Shown here: piece by piece, positions 55,723 to 64,000 of the stretch
Layout: each line of letters opens with the position of its first letter
Position numbering within the stretch: the first letter of the stretch is position 1
Assembly: GCA_041798905.1 (NCBI GenBank)
Contig: JBHCBD010000010.1
Span: 23,200-87,199 of the forward strand
Reading direction: 5' to 3'
From: Spirochaetales bacterium
GTDB lineage: Bacteria > Spirochaetota > Spirochaetia > Sphaerochaetales > Sphaerochaetaceae
Length of the DNA: 64,000 nt
Notes under the pieces: model-generated
Told to the model about the DNA's origin: nothing
Seen by the model: the letters and a program-made list of their open reading frames with translations, nothing else
The model's database searches: none
Position numbers and translations under genes: made by a program

Positions 55723-56511
55723 ATGATAAATCAAATCCTGCTTTCTGATGATGTGGTCGTCTTTGGCCATAGAGGATTCAGCGAGGAAGCCCCGGAGAAC
55801 ACCATGGCATCCTTCATGCTGTGCCGTGAGCGCGCAGTGCCCGGAGTTGAGCTTGATGTCCATCTTGCCGGCAGCGGAGAGGTTGTGGTGGCCCATGACT
55901 TCTCCCTTAAGAGAACAGCCGGCGTTGACAGGGTGATAGAGGAAATGGATTTGAAGGAAATCAAGTCGTTCGACGTGGGCTCATTCAAGTCCCCACGGTT
56001 CTCGGATCAGAGAATCCCTCTGCTTGAGGAGGTATTTGACGAATTCGGCGACGTCTTCATATATGATATAGAGCTTAAGTCGCGCAGCAAGACCCGCAAT
56101 CATGAGCTTGCAAGGAAAACCTGGGACATAATATGCCGCCATGGCCTTCGGTCAAATGTCCTCGTATCATCTTTCAATCCATTCAGCATAAGAGCATTCA
56201 ACAAAGTGTGCGGAAGAAGCGTGCCGTCGGCCGACATATTCGCAATAAGCCCCTATGTGCCGCGGATTCTTCAGCACGGCTTCGGCCGCCACGTAAGCAG
56301 GAGCAGCTATCTCAAGCCGGAATGCAGCCAGATTGACCAGGGCTGCATGCTCCGCCTCAAGGAGCGATCCGGCTATCCGATTGTCGCCTGGACAGTCAAC
56401 GACCGCGAAACAGCAATGCGCATGATCGCCCTGGGCGTTGACGGACTTATCGGCAACGATCCCGGGCTCCTCATGGACTGCGTTCAGGAATCGCGGAGAA
56501 CAGGCAGATGA
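55723..56511 (+). CDS. Glycerophosphodiester phosphodiesterase (GDPD family)
   Basis: 262 aa from MINQILLSDDVVVFGHRGFSEEAPENT, with ELDVHL and VVAHD motifs. An AGGAG SD precedes the ATG at 55723. The track ORF starts at an upstream TTG. Confidence 0.85.
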   Translation: MINQILLSDDVVVFGHRGFSEEAPENTMASFMLCRERAVPGVELDVHLAGSGEVVVAHDFSLKRTAGVDRVIEEMDLKEIKSFDVGSFKSPRFSDQRIPLLEEVFDEFGDVFIYDIELKSRSKTRNHELARKTWDIICRHGLRSNVLVSSFNPFSIRAFNKVCGRSVPSADIFAISPYVPRILQHGFGRHVSRSSYLKPECSQIDQGCMLRLKERSGYPIVAWTVNDRETAMRMIALGVDGLIGNDPGLLMDCVQESRRTGR

Positions 56512-57581
56512 GAAACAGCGAGCTTGCCAAGGCCGCCCATGGATGCCTGAATGTCATCACCCTGCCAAACGGCTGCACCGCATTCAGACGGTTCACATCC
56601 GCACAGATGGCCGAATACAGCCGGAACTACCTGTTCAAGACATTGAGCCAATGCCCATCAGGCGTCTATCTTGCGCTCAAGACAAACGGAACCGAGCTTA
56701 GCTTCAAGGTCAGTCTGGAGTCGGGCCGCATATACGTCTCAGCCCTTGCCGGCATGAGCCTTGGAGAATGGAAGTCAGCCTTCTCCTCCCTATCCCGGAG
56801 CGCCCCCGGAAGCATCAGGATGAGCATGAAGGATGATTTCGATGTCTTGGCAAAAGATCATCCGGTCATCAGCGCCAGGCTTAGGAAAGGAAGAATAACC
56901 ATCCCTATCGGCGGGAATCCCGGGGGTTCGGTCCTTCCGGTCAAGCTTTACCTGCCCGTATTCCCGTTCGTCGCCATATGCGATGTGGATTCCGATGGAG
57001 ATGTGTGGCCGGACATGGACAGCCAGAACCGCAGGACATGCTACTGCTTCGGCGATTCCATCACCCAAGGATTCAATGCGCACAACCCAAGTCAGACATA
57101 CGTTTCAATCCTGGGCAGGAAGCTGGACATGGAGATGCTCAACTTCGGCATCGGCGGCTATTATTTCGAAGCAGATTCCCTCGCCGGCATGGAGAGCCTG
57201 CCCAAGCCTGATATGATCATCGTCGCCTACGGCACGAACGATTGGGCAATGCTGCCGTCTCTGGCTGAATTCAGGAGAAAAGCCGCAGAGTATTTCAAAG
57301 CTCTCTCCAGGCTCTACGGCGGCATCCCCGTCTATGTGATAACTCCCATATGGAGGGGCGACATGCATGAGCTGAACCCGCCGATGGGATCTTTCGAGAC
57401 AATGTGCGAAGCGCTGAAAGAAGAAGCCGGCCTGTACAGCGACAATAGAATCATAGACGGCCTCTCGTTCCCCATGCAGGACAGAGGATTGTTTGGCGAC
57501 AGATTCCTCCACCCCAATTCCCACGGCTTCGCCATAATGGCGGACTGCATAGAGAAAGCAATCATGGGGAGCCGAAGCTGA
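56508..57581 (+). CDS. SGNH/GDSL hydrolase with an uncharacterised roughly 170-aa N-terminal domain
   Basis: 357-aa ORF overlapping the GDPD gene by ATGA. The C-terminal half has block I CYCFGDSITQG, block III VAYGTNDW and block V DRFLHPNSHG. Confidence 0.8.
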   Translation: MRNSELAKAAHGCLNVITLPNGCTAFRRFTSAQMAEYSRNYLFKTLSQCPSGVYLALKTNGTELSFKVSLESGRIYVSALAGMSLGEWKSAFSSLSRSAPGSIRMSMKDDFDVLAKDHPVISARLRKGRITIPIGGNPGGSVLPVKLYLPVFPFVAICDVDSDGDVWPDMDSQNRRTCYCFGDSITQGFNAHNPSQTYVSILGRKLDMEMLNFGIGGYYFEADSLAGMESLPKPDMIIVAYGTNDWAMLPSLAEFRRKAAEYFKALSRLYGGIPVYVITPIWRGDMHELNPPMGSFETMCEALKEEAGLYSDNRIIDGLSFPMQDRGLFGDRFLHPNSHGFAIMADCIEKAIMGSRS

Positions 57582-57605
57582 AACATGCGGGGATTCAGAT
57601 TCTTA

Positions 57606-57917
57606 TCATTTCGAGAACAAATCTGAATCCATTTCTTTATCTAATTCACAAAAAAGTTCCTTTGTAGAAGAATACCGCTTGCTTGGAACCTGCGCGGCCA
57701 TGAGCGTCCTTGCTTCGTCAATAGCCCTTTCAGTCTCAATATTGAATCGAGGCTGCTTGACTTCAAATGGGAGACCGCCCTCCATTATGGATTTGCGGAG
57801 AAATATATTTATAGCATCAGTGACGGTCATTTCAAAACTGGAAAAAAGCTGCTCTGCCCCAGCCTTTGTTTCAGGGTCAATGCGGATATTTATGTTCGCT
57901 GTCTTCGCCATATACAC
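57606..57917 (-). CDS. RelB/DinJ-family antitoxin-like ribbon-helix-helix protein (no adjacent toxin gene)
   Basis: The sequence (MY)MAKTANINIRIDPETKAGAEQLFSSFEMTVTDAINIFLRKSIMEGGLPFEV is typical of a DinJ/RelB N-terminus. Confidence 0.8.
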   Translation of the reverse strand: MYMAKTANINIRIDPETKAGAEQLFSSFEMTVTDAINIFLRKSIMEGGLPFEVKQPRFNIETERAIDEARTLMAAQVPSKRYSSTKELFCELDKEMDSDLFSK

Positions 57918-58049
57918 TCTCCTCCTGTCTTTCTAAATTAAGATTATACCAATATGTAAGAACAAATTCGATACAATGTGAAACATTTGTTCAAAACAGC
58001 GATCAAAGCCCGGTGAACCCAAAGGCTGCATTCCGCCTGAAACCTTCAA

Positions 58050-58078
58050 TTGACGAATGAATTTGCTGAGGTTATGAT
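58050..58078 (+). promoter_or_regulatory. Candidate sigma70-type promoter for the MFS transporter gene
   Basis: TTGACG, a 17-nt spacer, then TATGAT. It lies about 70 nt upstream of the ATG at 58149, which has an AAGGAG SD. Confidence 0.45.
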
Positions 58079-58148
58079 TTAAAAGCGCCAAAGCACCAAA
58101 TCAACTGGCGCAAGCAAGAACAGCTGAACATAAAAGGAGAATCTTCAC

Positions 58149-59753
58149 ATGATGAAGCTGAATTACAAGAAGACTCTTTTCGTAGGCTTCGCCTTCTTTC
58201 TCATCTCTCTCTTCTGGCAGGCTTATGACAACATCGTTCCCAAGATGCTGATTGATAAATTCGGAATGAGCCAGACCTGGAGCGGGCTGATAATGGCGCT
58301 TGACAACATACTTGCGCTGTTCATGCTGCCCCTGTTCGGCGCGATTTCGGACAAGTGCAAAAGCAAGCGGGGACGCAGGACGCCGTTCATAATGGCCGGA
58401 ACACTGTGCGCCTGCGTGCTTTTTGTCGGCTTGTCGCTTGTTGACAACATGCAGCTTGCGAACCTCGGCGCTCCGGCAAGGTTCGTCACGCAGGAGGATG
58501 GGCTTGGCGCAGTGGATCCCGAAGGCATGCGGATTCTGTACGACACCCAGAAGGGCAAGCTGCTTTATACATCAAACGGACAGGCATTCGTGCTTGGCGG
58601 TTCAGCCGAGGGAGCCAAGACAATCCCGGAAGAGGATTTCATGTCCATGACAGCCCAGATATACAACGAGAAAGGAAACAAGGTAGCGAACCCCGATTTC
58701 ATGGATTATGTTGTATCCGCACGGCAGGCATATGCTCACGAAGTCCGCCTATCCGCCAGGTTTCCGCTGGTGCTGTTCGTGGCGGTTCTTCTCCTGCTCC
58801 TTGTCAGCATGGCGACTTTCCGCTCCCCGGCCGTGGCTCTGATGCCCGATGTGACCATAAAGCCGCTTCGCAGCAAGGCGAATGCGATAATCAACCTCAT
58901 GGGGACAGCCGGCGGAATAACCGTGCTGGTGCTTGGAATGGTGTTCTCAACAGGGAACATCCTCCATTCAATGATAAGCTACACCGGTTACTTCACGCTG
59001 ATTGCATGCCTCATGCTCCTTGCCTTGATGATATTCCTGTGGAAAGTCAAGGAGCCGCTGTGGGCAAGGCAGATGCGCGAGGAAAGCGAGAGATATGGCA
59101 TCGAGGAGCTTGACGAGAACGCCAGCGCCGAGCAGCGCAGGCTGTCCGCCGGGGAGAAGAGGTCGCTTTTCTTCATACTGGCTTCGATTGTCCTGTGGTT
59201 CATGGGATACAATGCCGTCACTTCAAAGTATTCGGTCTATGCGGGAAAGGTTCTGAATCTAGACTATAACCTTACATTGCTCATTGCCCAGGCGGCCGCG
59301 ATAATCTCCTATCTTCCCGTCGGCATGGTGGCCTCCAAGATTGGAAGGAAGAAGACGATACTTGCCGGAATCGTAATGCTCACCGCATCATTCACCACTG
59401 CATCGTTCCTCAGAGCGGGAAGCCCTGCCCTCCTGATGAACTGCATGTTCGCCCTAGCGGGAATAGGCTGGGCCACGATAAACGTGAACAGCTTCCCGAT
59501 GGTAGTGGAGCTTGCAAAGGGTGGAAATGTCGGAAAGTACACCGGATTCTACTATACCGCATCAATGGCGGCTCAGACGCTTACCCCGCTGTTCAGCGGA
59601 TTCCTGATGGACAAGACAGGCCGCATGACAGTCCTGTTTCCATACGCCTCGATATTCGCCGGACTTGCCTTCTTCACGATGCTTACTGTGAAGCACGGCG
59701 ATTCCAAGCCGGAAGCCAGAAAGGGCATAGAGGCGATGGACGTGGAGGACTGA
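58149..59753 (+). CDS. MFS transporter (GPH/SLC45-like) with a large hydrophilic loop
   Basis: 534-aa ORF with about 12 TM segments. It has the motif D(K)CKSKRGRRTPFI after TM2 and a roughly 100-aa soluble insertion after TM3. Confidence 0.8.
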   Translation: MMKLNYKKTLFVGFAFFLISLFWQAYDNIVPKMLIDKFGMSQTWSGLIMALDNILALFMLPLFGAISDKCKSKRGRRTPFIMAGTLCACVLFVGLSLVDNMQLANLGAPARFVTQEDGLGAVDPEGMRILYDTQKGKLLYTSNGQAFVLGGSAEGAKTIPEEDFMSMTAQIYNEKGNKVANPDFMDYVVSARQAYAHEVRLSARFPLVLFVAVLLLLLVSMATFRSPAVALMPDVTIKPLRSKANAIINLMGTAGGITVLVLGMVFSTGNILHSMISYTGYFTLIACLMLLALMIFLWKVKEPLWARQMREESERYGIEELDENASAEQRRLSAGEKRSLFFILASIVLWFMGYNAVTSKYSVYAGKVLNLDYNLTLLIAQAAAIISYLPVGMVASKIGRKKTILAGIVMLTASFTTASFLRAGSPALLMNCMFALAGIGWATINVNSFPMVVELAKGGNVGKYTGFYYTASMAAQTLTPLFSGFLMDKTGRMTVLFPYASIFAGLAFFTMLTVKHGDSKPEARKGIEAMDVED

Positions 59754-59865
59754 CGGAGCCTTGACCTCGCGGCTCTCATTATGTTTCAGAGCATTGAAGC
59801 AACCCGAGCCGGACGACACGTTCGCCTGGCGATTGGGGCTGCGGGCGAGCAGAGACCTATGGCTT

Positions 59866-60016
59866 TTTCGGATTTCAAGTGTTCTTGGATTTTCTCGGAT
59901 TTCTCGGATTTCTATGGCCGTTCATCTTTTTAAGGCTTTAAGGCTTTAAGGCTTTTGGGCTTTCAAAGGCTTTTTAGGGCTTGGGGCTTTTAGATTTTAA
60001 GGCTTTCAAGGCTTTC
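59866..60016. repeat. Compound short tandem repeat: 4 copies of GGATTT(T)C, then 9 copies of GGCTT(T)
   Basis: GGATTT occurs at 59870, 59887, 59897 and 59906, including a perfect 2-copy tandem of TCTCGGATT. TAAGGCTT occurs as a perfect 3-copy tandem at 59931-59954. Degenerate GGCTT copies follow at 59958, 59968, 59978, 59985, 60001 and 60010. The array abuts the icd stop codon. Confidence 0.85.
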
Positions 60017-61230
60017 TACAGCTGAAGCCGTCTCTCAAGCCGCAGCTTGACGGCCTGGAGGAAATCATCAGTGAAGACAGGCTCCGGCTTCTCGCCATCG
60101 ACAAGCCCCGACAGGTCTTTTGTCATTATCCCCTCATTAAGAGCATCAAGAACCGCCCCTTCGAGCTTGTCGCCGAATTCCATGAGCCAGGGAAGCCCGT
60201 CCTTCTCGCCTCTCTTCCTCAGAGCGCCTGACCATGCGAAGATTGTGGCGACCGGATTGGTGGAGGTGCGCTCCCCCTGAAGATACCTGTAGTAGTGGCG
60301 GGTGACAGTGCCGTGGGCCGCCTCGAACTCATAGTCGCCATCCGGGCTTGCAAGGACGCTTGTCATCATGGCCAGAGAGCCGAAGGCGGTCGATACCATG
60401 TCGCTCATCACATCTCCATCGTAGTTCTTGCAAGCCCAGATGTACCCTCCCTCGCTCCTTATCACCCGAGCGACGGCATCATCTATGAGCGTATAGAAGT
60501 ACGTCAGGCCCTTTCTGTCAAAATCGGCCTTGAACTCATTCTCATAGACCTCATCGAATATGTCGCAGAAACGCTGGTCATAGACCTTTGAGATTGTGTC
60601 CTTTGCAGAAAACCAGAGATTCTGATTGGTGTCAAGGGCGAATTTGAAGCAGCTTCGGGCAAACGAGAAGATGGATGTGTCCTTATTGTACATCCCCTGG
60701 ATTATCCCGGGGCATTCAAAATCGTAGATTGTCCTGCATATCCTCTCACCGTCTTCACCTGTGAACACAAGCTCCGCCTTCCCCTTGCCGGGCACCCTGT
60801 GCTCAACGCAGCGGTAAACATCTCCATATGCATGACGGGCGATGGTGATGGGCTTCTTCCAGCTTTTCACCGCAGGCTTTATGCTATCAATGAGAATCGG
60901 GGTTCGGAACACCGTTCCATCGAGCATCGCCCTTATCGTTCCATTAGGGCTTTTGTATTTCTCGGCAAGATCATACTCAGACATGCGCTTCTCATTAGGG
61001 GTTATCGTCGCGCATTTGACCCCGACTCCCAGACGCTTTATCGCATTGGCCGCATCCGTGGTGACCTTATCCCGTGTCTCATTGCGATGCACCAGCCCCA
61101 GGTCATAATACTCTGATTTAAGGTCGACATAGGGAAGGATGAGATAGTCCTTTATCATTTTCCAAAGAATCCTTGTCATCTCATCCCCATCCATCTCAAC
61201 AATCGGGGTCTTCATCTGAATCTTGCTCAT
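60016..61230 (-). CDS. icd: NADP-dependent isocitrate dehydrogenase (homodimeric type II, eukaryote-like)
   Basis: 404 aa from MSKIQMKTPIVEMDGDEMTRILW, with KCATITPNE and other IDH1/2-type motifs. The track ORF begins at an upstream TTG that abuts the aconitase stop. Confidence 0.92.
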   Translation of the reverse strand: MSKIQMKTPIVEMDGDEMTRILWKMIKDYLILPYVDLKSEYYDLGLVHRNETRDKVTTDAANAIKRLGVGVKCATITPNEKRMSEYDLAEKYKSPNGTIRAMLDGTVFRTPILIDSIKPAVKSWKKPITIARHAYGDVYRCVEHRVPGKGKAELVFTGEDGERICRTIYDFECPGIIQGMYNKDTSIFSFARSCFKFALDTNQNLWFSAKDTISKVYDQRFCDIFDEVYENEFKADFDRKGLTYFYTLIDDAVARVIRSEGGYIWACKNYDGDVMSDMVSTAFGSLAMMTSVLASPDGDYEFEAAHGTVTRHYYRYLQGERTSTNPVATIFAWSGALRKRGEKDGLPWLMEFGDKLEGAVLDALNEGIMTKDLSGLVDGEKPEPVFTDDFLQAVKLRLERRLQL

Positions 61231-61278
61231 AAAACAATCCTTTATATCCATTTCACGGACATCGTTTTGCAAAACCAA

Positions 61279-63564
61279 TCATCTGCGCGCAGACTTTTCC
61301 CTGTAGCGGTTCATCAGGCAGCCGGACAGCATTATCGCCCTTTCCTCCTGATCCAATCCACCGAGGCGCAAAGTCAGAGGAAAAACCTTTCCGTTCTCCA
61401 GAACCTTGGCGGCAATCTCCTCCTGCCCCGATTCGATTGCATTTCGGATTCCAGGCACAAAGACATATGCGCCGTCTTCAAACGGGAAATCAGAATCGCC
61501 GGCGATTGTGAATGGAATAATCCCCCAGTTTATGCAGTTGCTCCTGTATCTCTTGGTGGCGTATTCCCGGCAGATATTGGCCAAGCCTCCCAGCACCTTC
61601 TGGCATGAAGCGGCCTGCTCCCGCGCAGAGCCATCTCCGGGCCTGTTCGCATAGATGCATGAACCGTACTGGGTATCGCGCAAAGCCGCCGGGTCTGCCG
61701 TGAACCGGCTGATGACATCCCGAAGCGCCTCAGAGCCGTTCCTACGCTCCTCCTCCATCCTTGCTGTCTCCAGGCTGCGCTCCACGTACTCCGGAACTCT
61801 TCTGGAAAGGGTGAACCGGGCCAGCTTAAGTGGGTTTGAACGATAAGACGAGGTCTCGCCGGAGGGGATAAGCTCGTCAGTCGTAGTGACCGGATCGCGT
61901 ATGACCGCAGCCAGCCTGAGCAGAATGTTCTCCCCCAGCGGGCTTATCTCGGGCCATGGAGCAATGTTTGGCCCGAAGACCAGCTCCTCGTCTCGATGCG
62001 CCTCGCCGAAACCATTGTAGACCCTGCTTCTGTATGCTTCCCCATCGTGCCTGTAGGTCTGTCCGCCCACGGCATCATCGGCGAAATCGGTCGCCGGCGT
62101 GATGACCCCATGGTTCCTGGCAGTGGCTGCGATTGACCTTGAATCCATGAGGGCGACACCGGCTATCTGCCCTTGATCCGGCTTGGAGCCTTCACGGTTC
62201 GGGAAGTTCCGGGTTGTATGACGGATAGACAGTCCGTTGTTGGCCGGCACATCGCCCGCTCCGAAGCAAGGCCCGCAGAAAGCCGGCTTGAAGATTGCGC
62301 CGCTTGTCATCATCGAGGCCATCACCCCGTTGCGCGCAAGCTCAAGCCCGATTGGAACCGATCCGGGATATACGCTCAGACTGAACACGCCGTTTCCGAT
62401 TGCATGGCCCTTGAGTATCTGCCCGGCATCGCATATGTTCTCAAATATCCCTCCTGCGCAGCCGGCTATTATCCCCTGGTCGGCATATACCTTGCCGTCT
62501 CTTATCTTGCTGACAAGGTCAAGCCTTGCCGTTCCGTTCTCCCCGCCCTCGAAACGCTCATTCGCCTCTTTGTCAACGGCAGAGAGGATATCGTGCGGGT
62601 TCTCATTGAATTCTGCGATTGTGAAAGCATTGCCGGGGTGGAAAGGGAGGGCTATCATCGGCTCGATTTCATCCAGATTGACGACAACCGCCCTGTCATA
62701 GCAGGCAAGTTCGCCCGGCTTGATTTCTCTGTAATCATCCGGCCTTCCATGAACCTTGTAGAACTCTTGCACCTTGTCGTCTGTCTCCCAGATAGAGCTG
62801 AGACAGGTTGTTTCGGTGGTCATGACATCAACGGCGCAGCGGAAATCAACGCTGAGCCCGCCCACCCCGGGCCCGGCGAACTCCAGAATGCTGTTCTTCA
62901 CAAATCCGTTGGAGAAAGTCGCCTTGACAAGGGACAGAGCCACATCATGAGGGCCCGCTCCCCGCCTGGGCTTTCCCGTCAGATAGACCAGAACCACCTC
63001 GGGACGGTCAATGTCATAGGTGCTGCGCAGAATCTGCTTGACAAGCTCAGGCCCGCCTTCGCCTATCCCCATGCAGCCAAGCGCACCGTATCTGGTATGG
63101 CTGTCCGAGCCTAGAATCATGCTTCCGCATCTGGACAATGTTTCGCGGACATACGTGTGTATCACGCCGACATTCGGCGGAACAAATATGCCTCCGTACT
63201 TTCTGGCGGCGCTCATCCCGAAGACATGGTCGTCCTCGTTTATCGTCCCTCCGACCGCGCAAAGGCTGTTGTGACAGTTCGTCATGGCGTATGGAACCGG
63301 AAATTCCTCAAGCCCGGAGCCGCGTGCCGTCTGTATTATCCCCACATACGTTATGTCGTGGGAAGCAAGGGCATCGAACTTTATTCGGAGCCTGCGTCCA
63401 TTTTCCGATTCGCTGCGGACGCTGTGGGAGCTGAGGATGCCGTAGGACATGGTATTATCCCTTCCCTTTTCTGAATCGAGGGAAGAGCTTCTTATCATCC
63501 TGCCATCGGCGAGGAACACCTTGCTGTCAATAAGCTCAATCATGCGCACTCCATTAGAATGCAC
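61279..63564 (-). CDS. Aconitase-family hydratase (roughly 750-aa putative aconitate hydratase type)
   Basis: 761-aa ORF with aconitase motifs GSDSHT, CGPCFG and IRHTTRNFPNREGS, plus a C-terminal swivel domain. The start may be the ATG at 63543 (MIELIDSK). Confidence 0.85.
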   Translation of the reverse strand: MHSNGVRMIELIDSKVFLADGRMIRSSSLDSEKGRDNTMSYGILSSHSVRSESENGRRLRIKFDALASHDITYVGIIQTARGSGLEEFPVPYAMTNCHNSLCAVGGTINEDDHVFGMSAARKYGGIFVPPNVGVIHTYVRETLSRCGSMILGSDSHTRYGALGCMGIGEGGPELVKQILRSTYDIDRPEVVLVYLTGKPRRGAGPHDVALSLVKATFSNGFVKNSILEFAGPGVGGLSVDFRCAVDVMTTETTCLSSIWETDDKVQEFYKVHGRPDDYREIKPGELACYDRAVVVNLDEIEPMIALPFHPGNAFTIAEFNENPHDILSAVDKEANERFEGGENGTARLDLVSKIRDGKVYADQGIIAGCAGGIFENICDAGQILKGHAIGNGVFSLSVYPGSVPIGLELARNGVMASMMTSGAIFKPAFCGPCFGAGDVPANNGLSIRHTTRNFPNREGSKPDQGQIAGVALMDSRSIAATARNHGVITPATDFADDAVGGQTYRHDGEAYRSRVYNGFGEAHRDEELVFGPNIAPWPEISPLGENILLRLAAVIRDPVTTTDELIPSGETSSYRSNPLKLARFTLSRRVPEYVERSLETARMEEERRNGSEALRDVISRFTADPAALRDTQYGSCIYANRPGDGSAREQAASCQKVLGGLANICREYATKRYRSNCINWGIIPFTIAGDSDFPFEDGAYVFVPGIRNAIESGQEEIAAKVLENGKVFPLTLRLGGLDQEERAIMLSGCLMNRYREKSARR

Positions 63565-63669
63565 TATATCATAGAGAGTTGTTATTGTGAATCAGAACAG
63601 AATCAGCAACGCCGATTGATGCTTTTGCCGGGCAATGGACACCTGATGAAAGCCATCGGGGCCGAAAGG

Positions 63670-64000
63670 TCACGCCCTTATTCCATGTTTCTTGAGCGCA
63701 GCGGCCATCGTCTCGCCGATGACATCAGGGGTCATGGCTATCTCCACGCCAGCCTGCGCAAGAGCCTGGATCTTGCCGGCAGCCGTTCCGCGCCCGCCCG
63801 ATATTATCGCTCCTGCATGACCCATGCGCTTTCCCGCAGGGGCGGACTGGCCGCCTATGAAGGCGATAACCGGCTTTGTCATATGCTCTGCTATGAACTG
63901 CGCCGCCTCTTCCTCTCCGCTTCCGCCAATCTCGCCGTTGAGCACAACGGCATAAGTATCGGGGTCGCTCTGGAAAGCCGAAAGCGCATCGATGAACCCG
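63670..64000 (-). CDS. sucD: Succinate--CoA ligase subunit alpha (C-terminal part; gene runs off window end)
   Basis: The sequence ...[15 protein letters not shown]...[31 protein letters not shown] matches SucD. The reading frame stays open upstream to the window edge ([23 protein letters not shown]). Confidence 0.88.
   Translation of the reverse strand, partial: GFIDALSAFQSDPDTYAVVLNGEIGGSGEEEAAQFIAEHMTKPVIAFIGGQSAPAGKRMGHAGAIISGGRGTAAGKIQALAQAGVEIAMTPDVIGETMAAALKKHGIRA

Noticed and set aside
57332-57586. 84-aa minus-strand ORF downstream of the DinJ-like gene, as a possible toxin partner.
   Set aside because: It lies antisense within the 3' end of the SGNH hydrolase gene and has no RelE, YafQ or ParE-like sequence.
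59866-60016. Possible CRISPR array, because of the regularly spaced repeats.
   Set aside because: The units are only 6-9 nt, directly abutting or 1-8 nt apart. There are no 25-40-nt repeats, no unique spacers and no cas genes in the window.

Overview
The window is mostly core bacterial chromosome, about 55-60% GC by eye. All protein identifications rest on recognising conserved sequence in the supplied translations and in my own hand translations; no database search was possible. The 16S sequence and the gene order suggest a spirochaete (Spirochaetota). That order is tuf-S10-spc-alpha with secY followed directly by rpmJ, plus rpmG-secE-nusG-rplKAJL-rpoBC-rpsLG with no fusA.

Gene content, left to right:
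- 1-14.8 kb (minus strand): the complete rplQ<-rpoA<-...<-rpsJ<-tuf ribosomal supercluster. It includes rpmJ, which is below the ORF-track length cutoff.
- 15.2-19.1 kb (plus strand): two overlapping paralogous genes encoding membrane, degenerate-GGDEF and EAL domains.
- 19.2-31.9 kb (minus strand): rpsG, rpsL, rpoC, rpoB, rplL, rplJ, rplA, rplK, nusG, secE, tRNA-Trp, rpmG and tRNA-Thr.
- 31.9-50 kb: glgP, a DUF554 membrane protein, a MocA-like nucleotidyltransferase, an unknown lipoprotein, a MATE pump, clpB, an M20 peptidase, a TetR regulator, and a metNI...metQ methionine ABC transporter. A low-GC two-gene insert (WYL/YafY regulator plus GNAT/YoaP-like acetyltransferase) splits the transporter. 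One frameshifted and one intact SAM-methyltransferase gene follow.
- 50.3-55.3 kb (minus strand): an rRNA operon, 16S-tRNA-Ile-23S-5S.
- 55.7-64 kb: GDPD and SGNH hydrolase genes, a solitary DinJ/RelB-like gene, an MFS transporter, a compound short tandem repeat, and icd, an aconitase-family gene and sucD (partial).

I see no recognisable defence system, CRISPR array, transposase or integrase. The observations most worth following up are:
- the active/degenerate EAL gene pair wedged between the two ribosomal clusters;
- the low-GC insert inside the met transporter locus;
- a strongly SD-preceded 22-codon Met-rich mini-ORF upstream of metQ;
- the GGATTT/GGCTTT repeat array downstream of icd.
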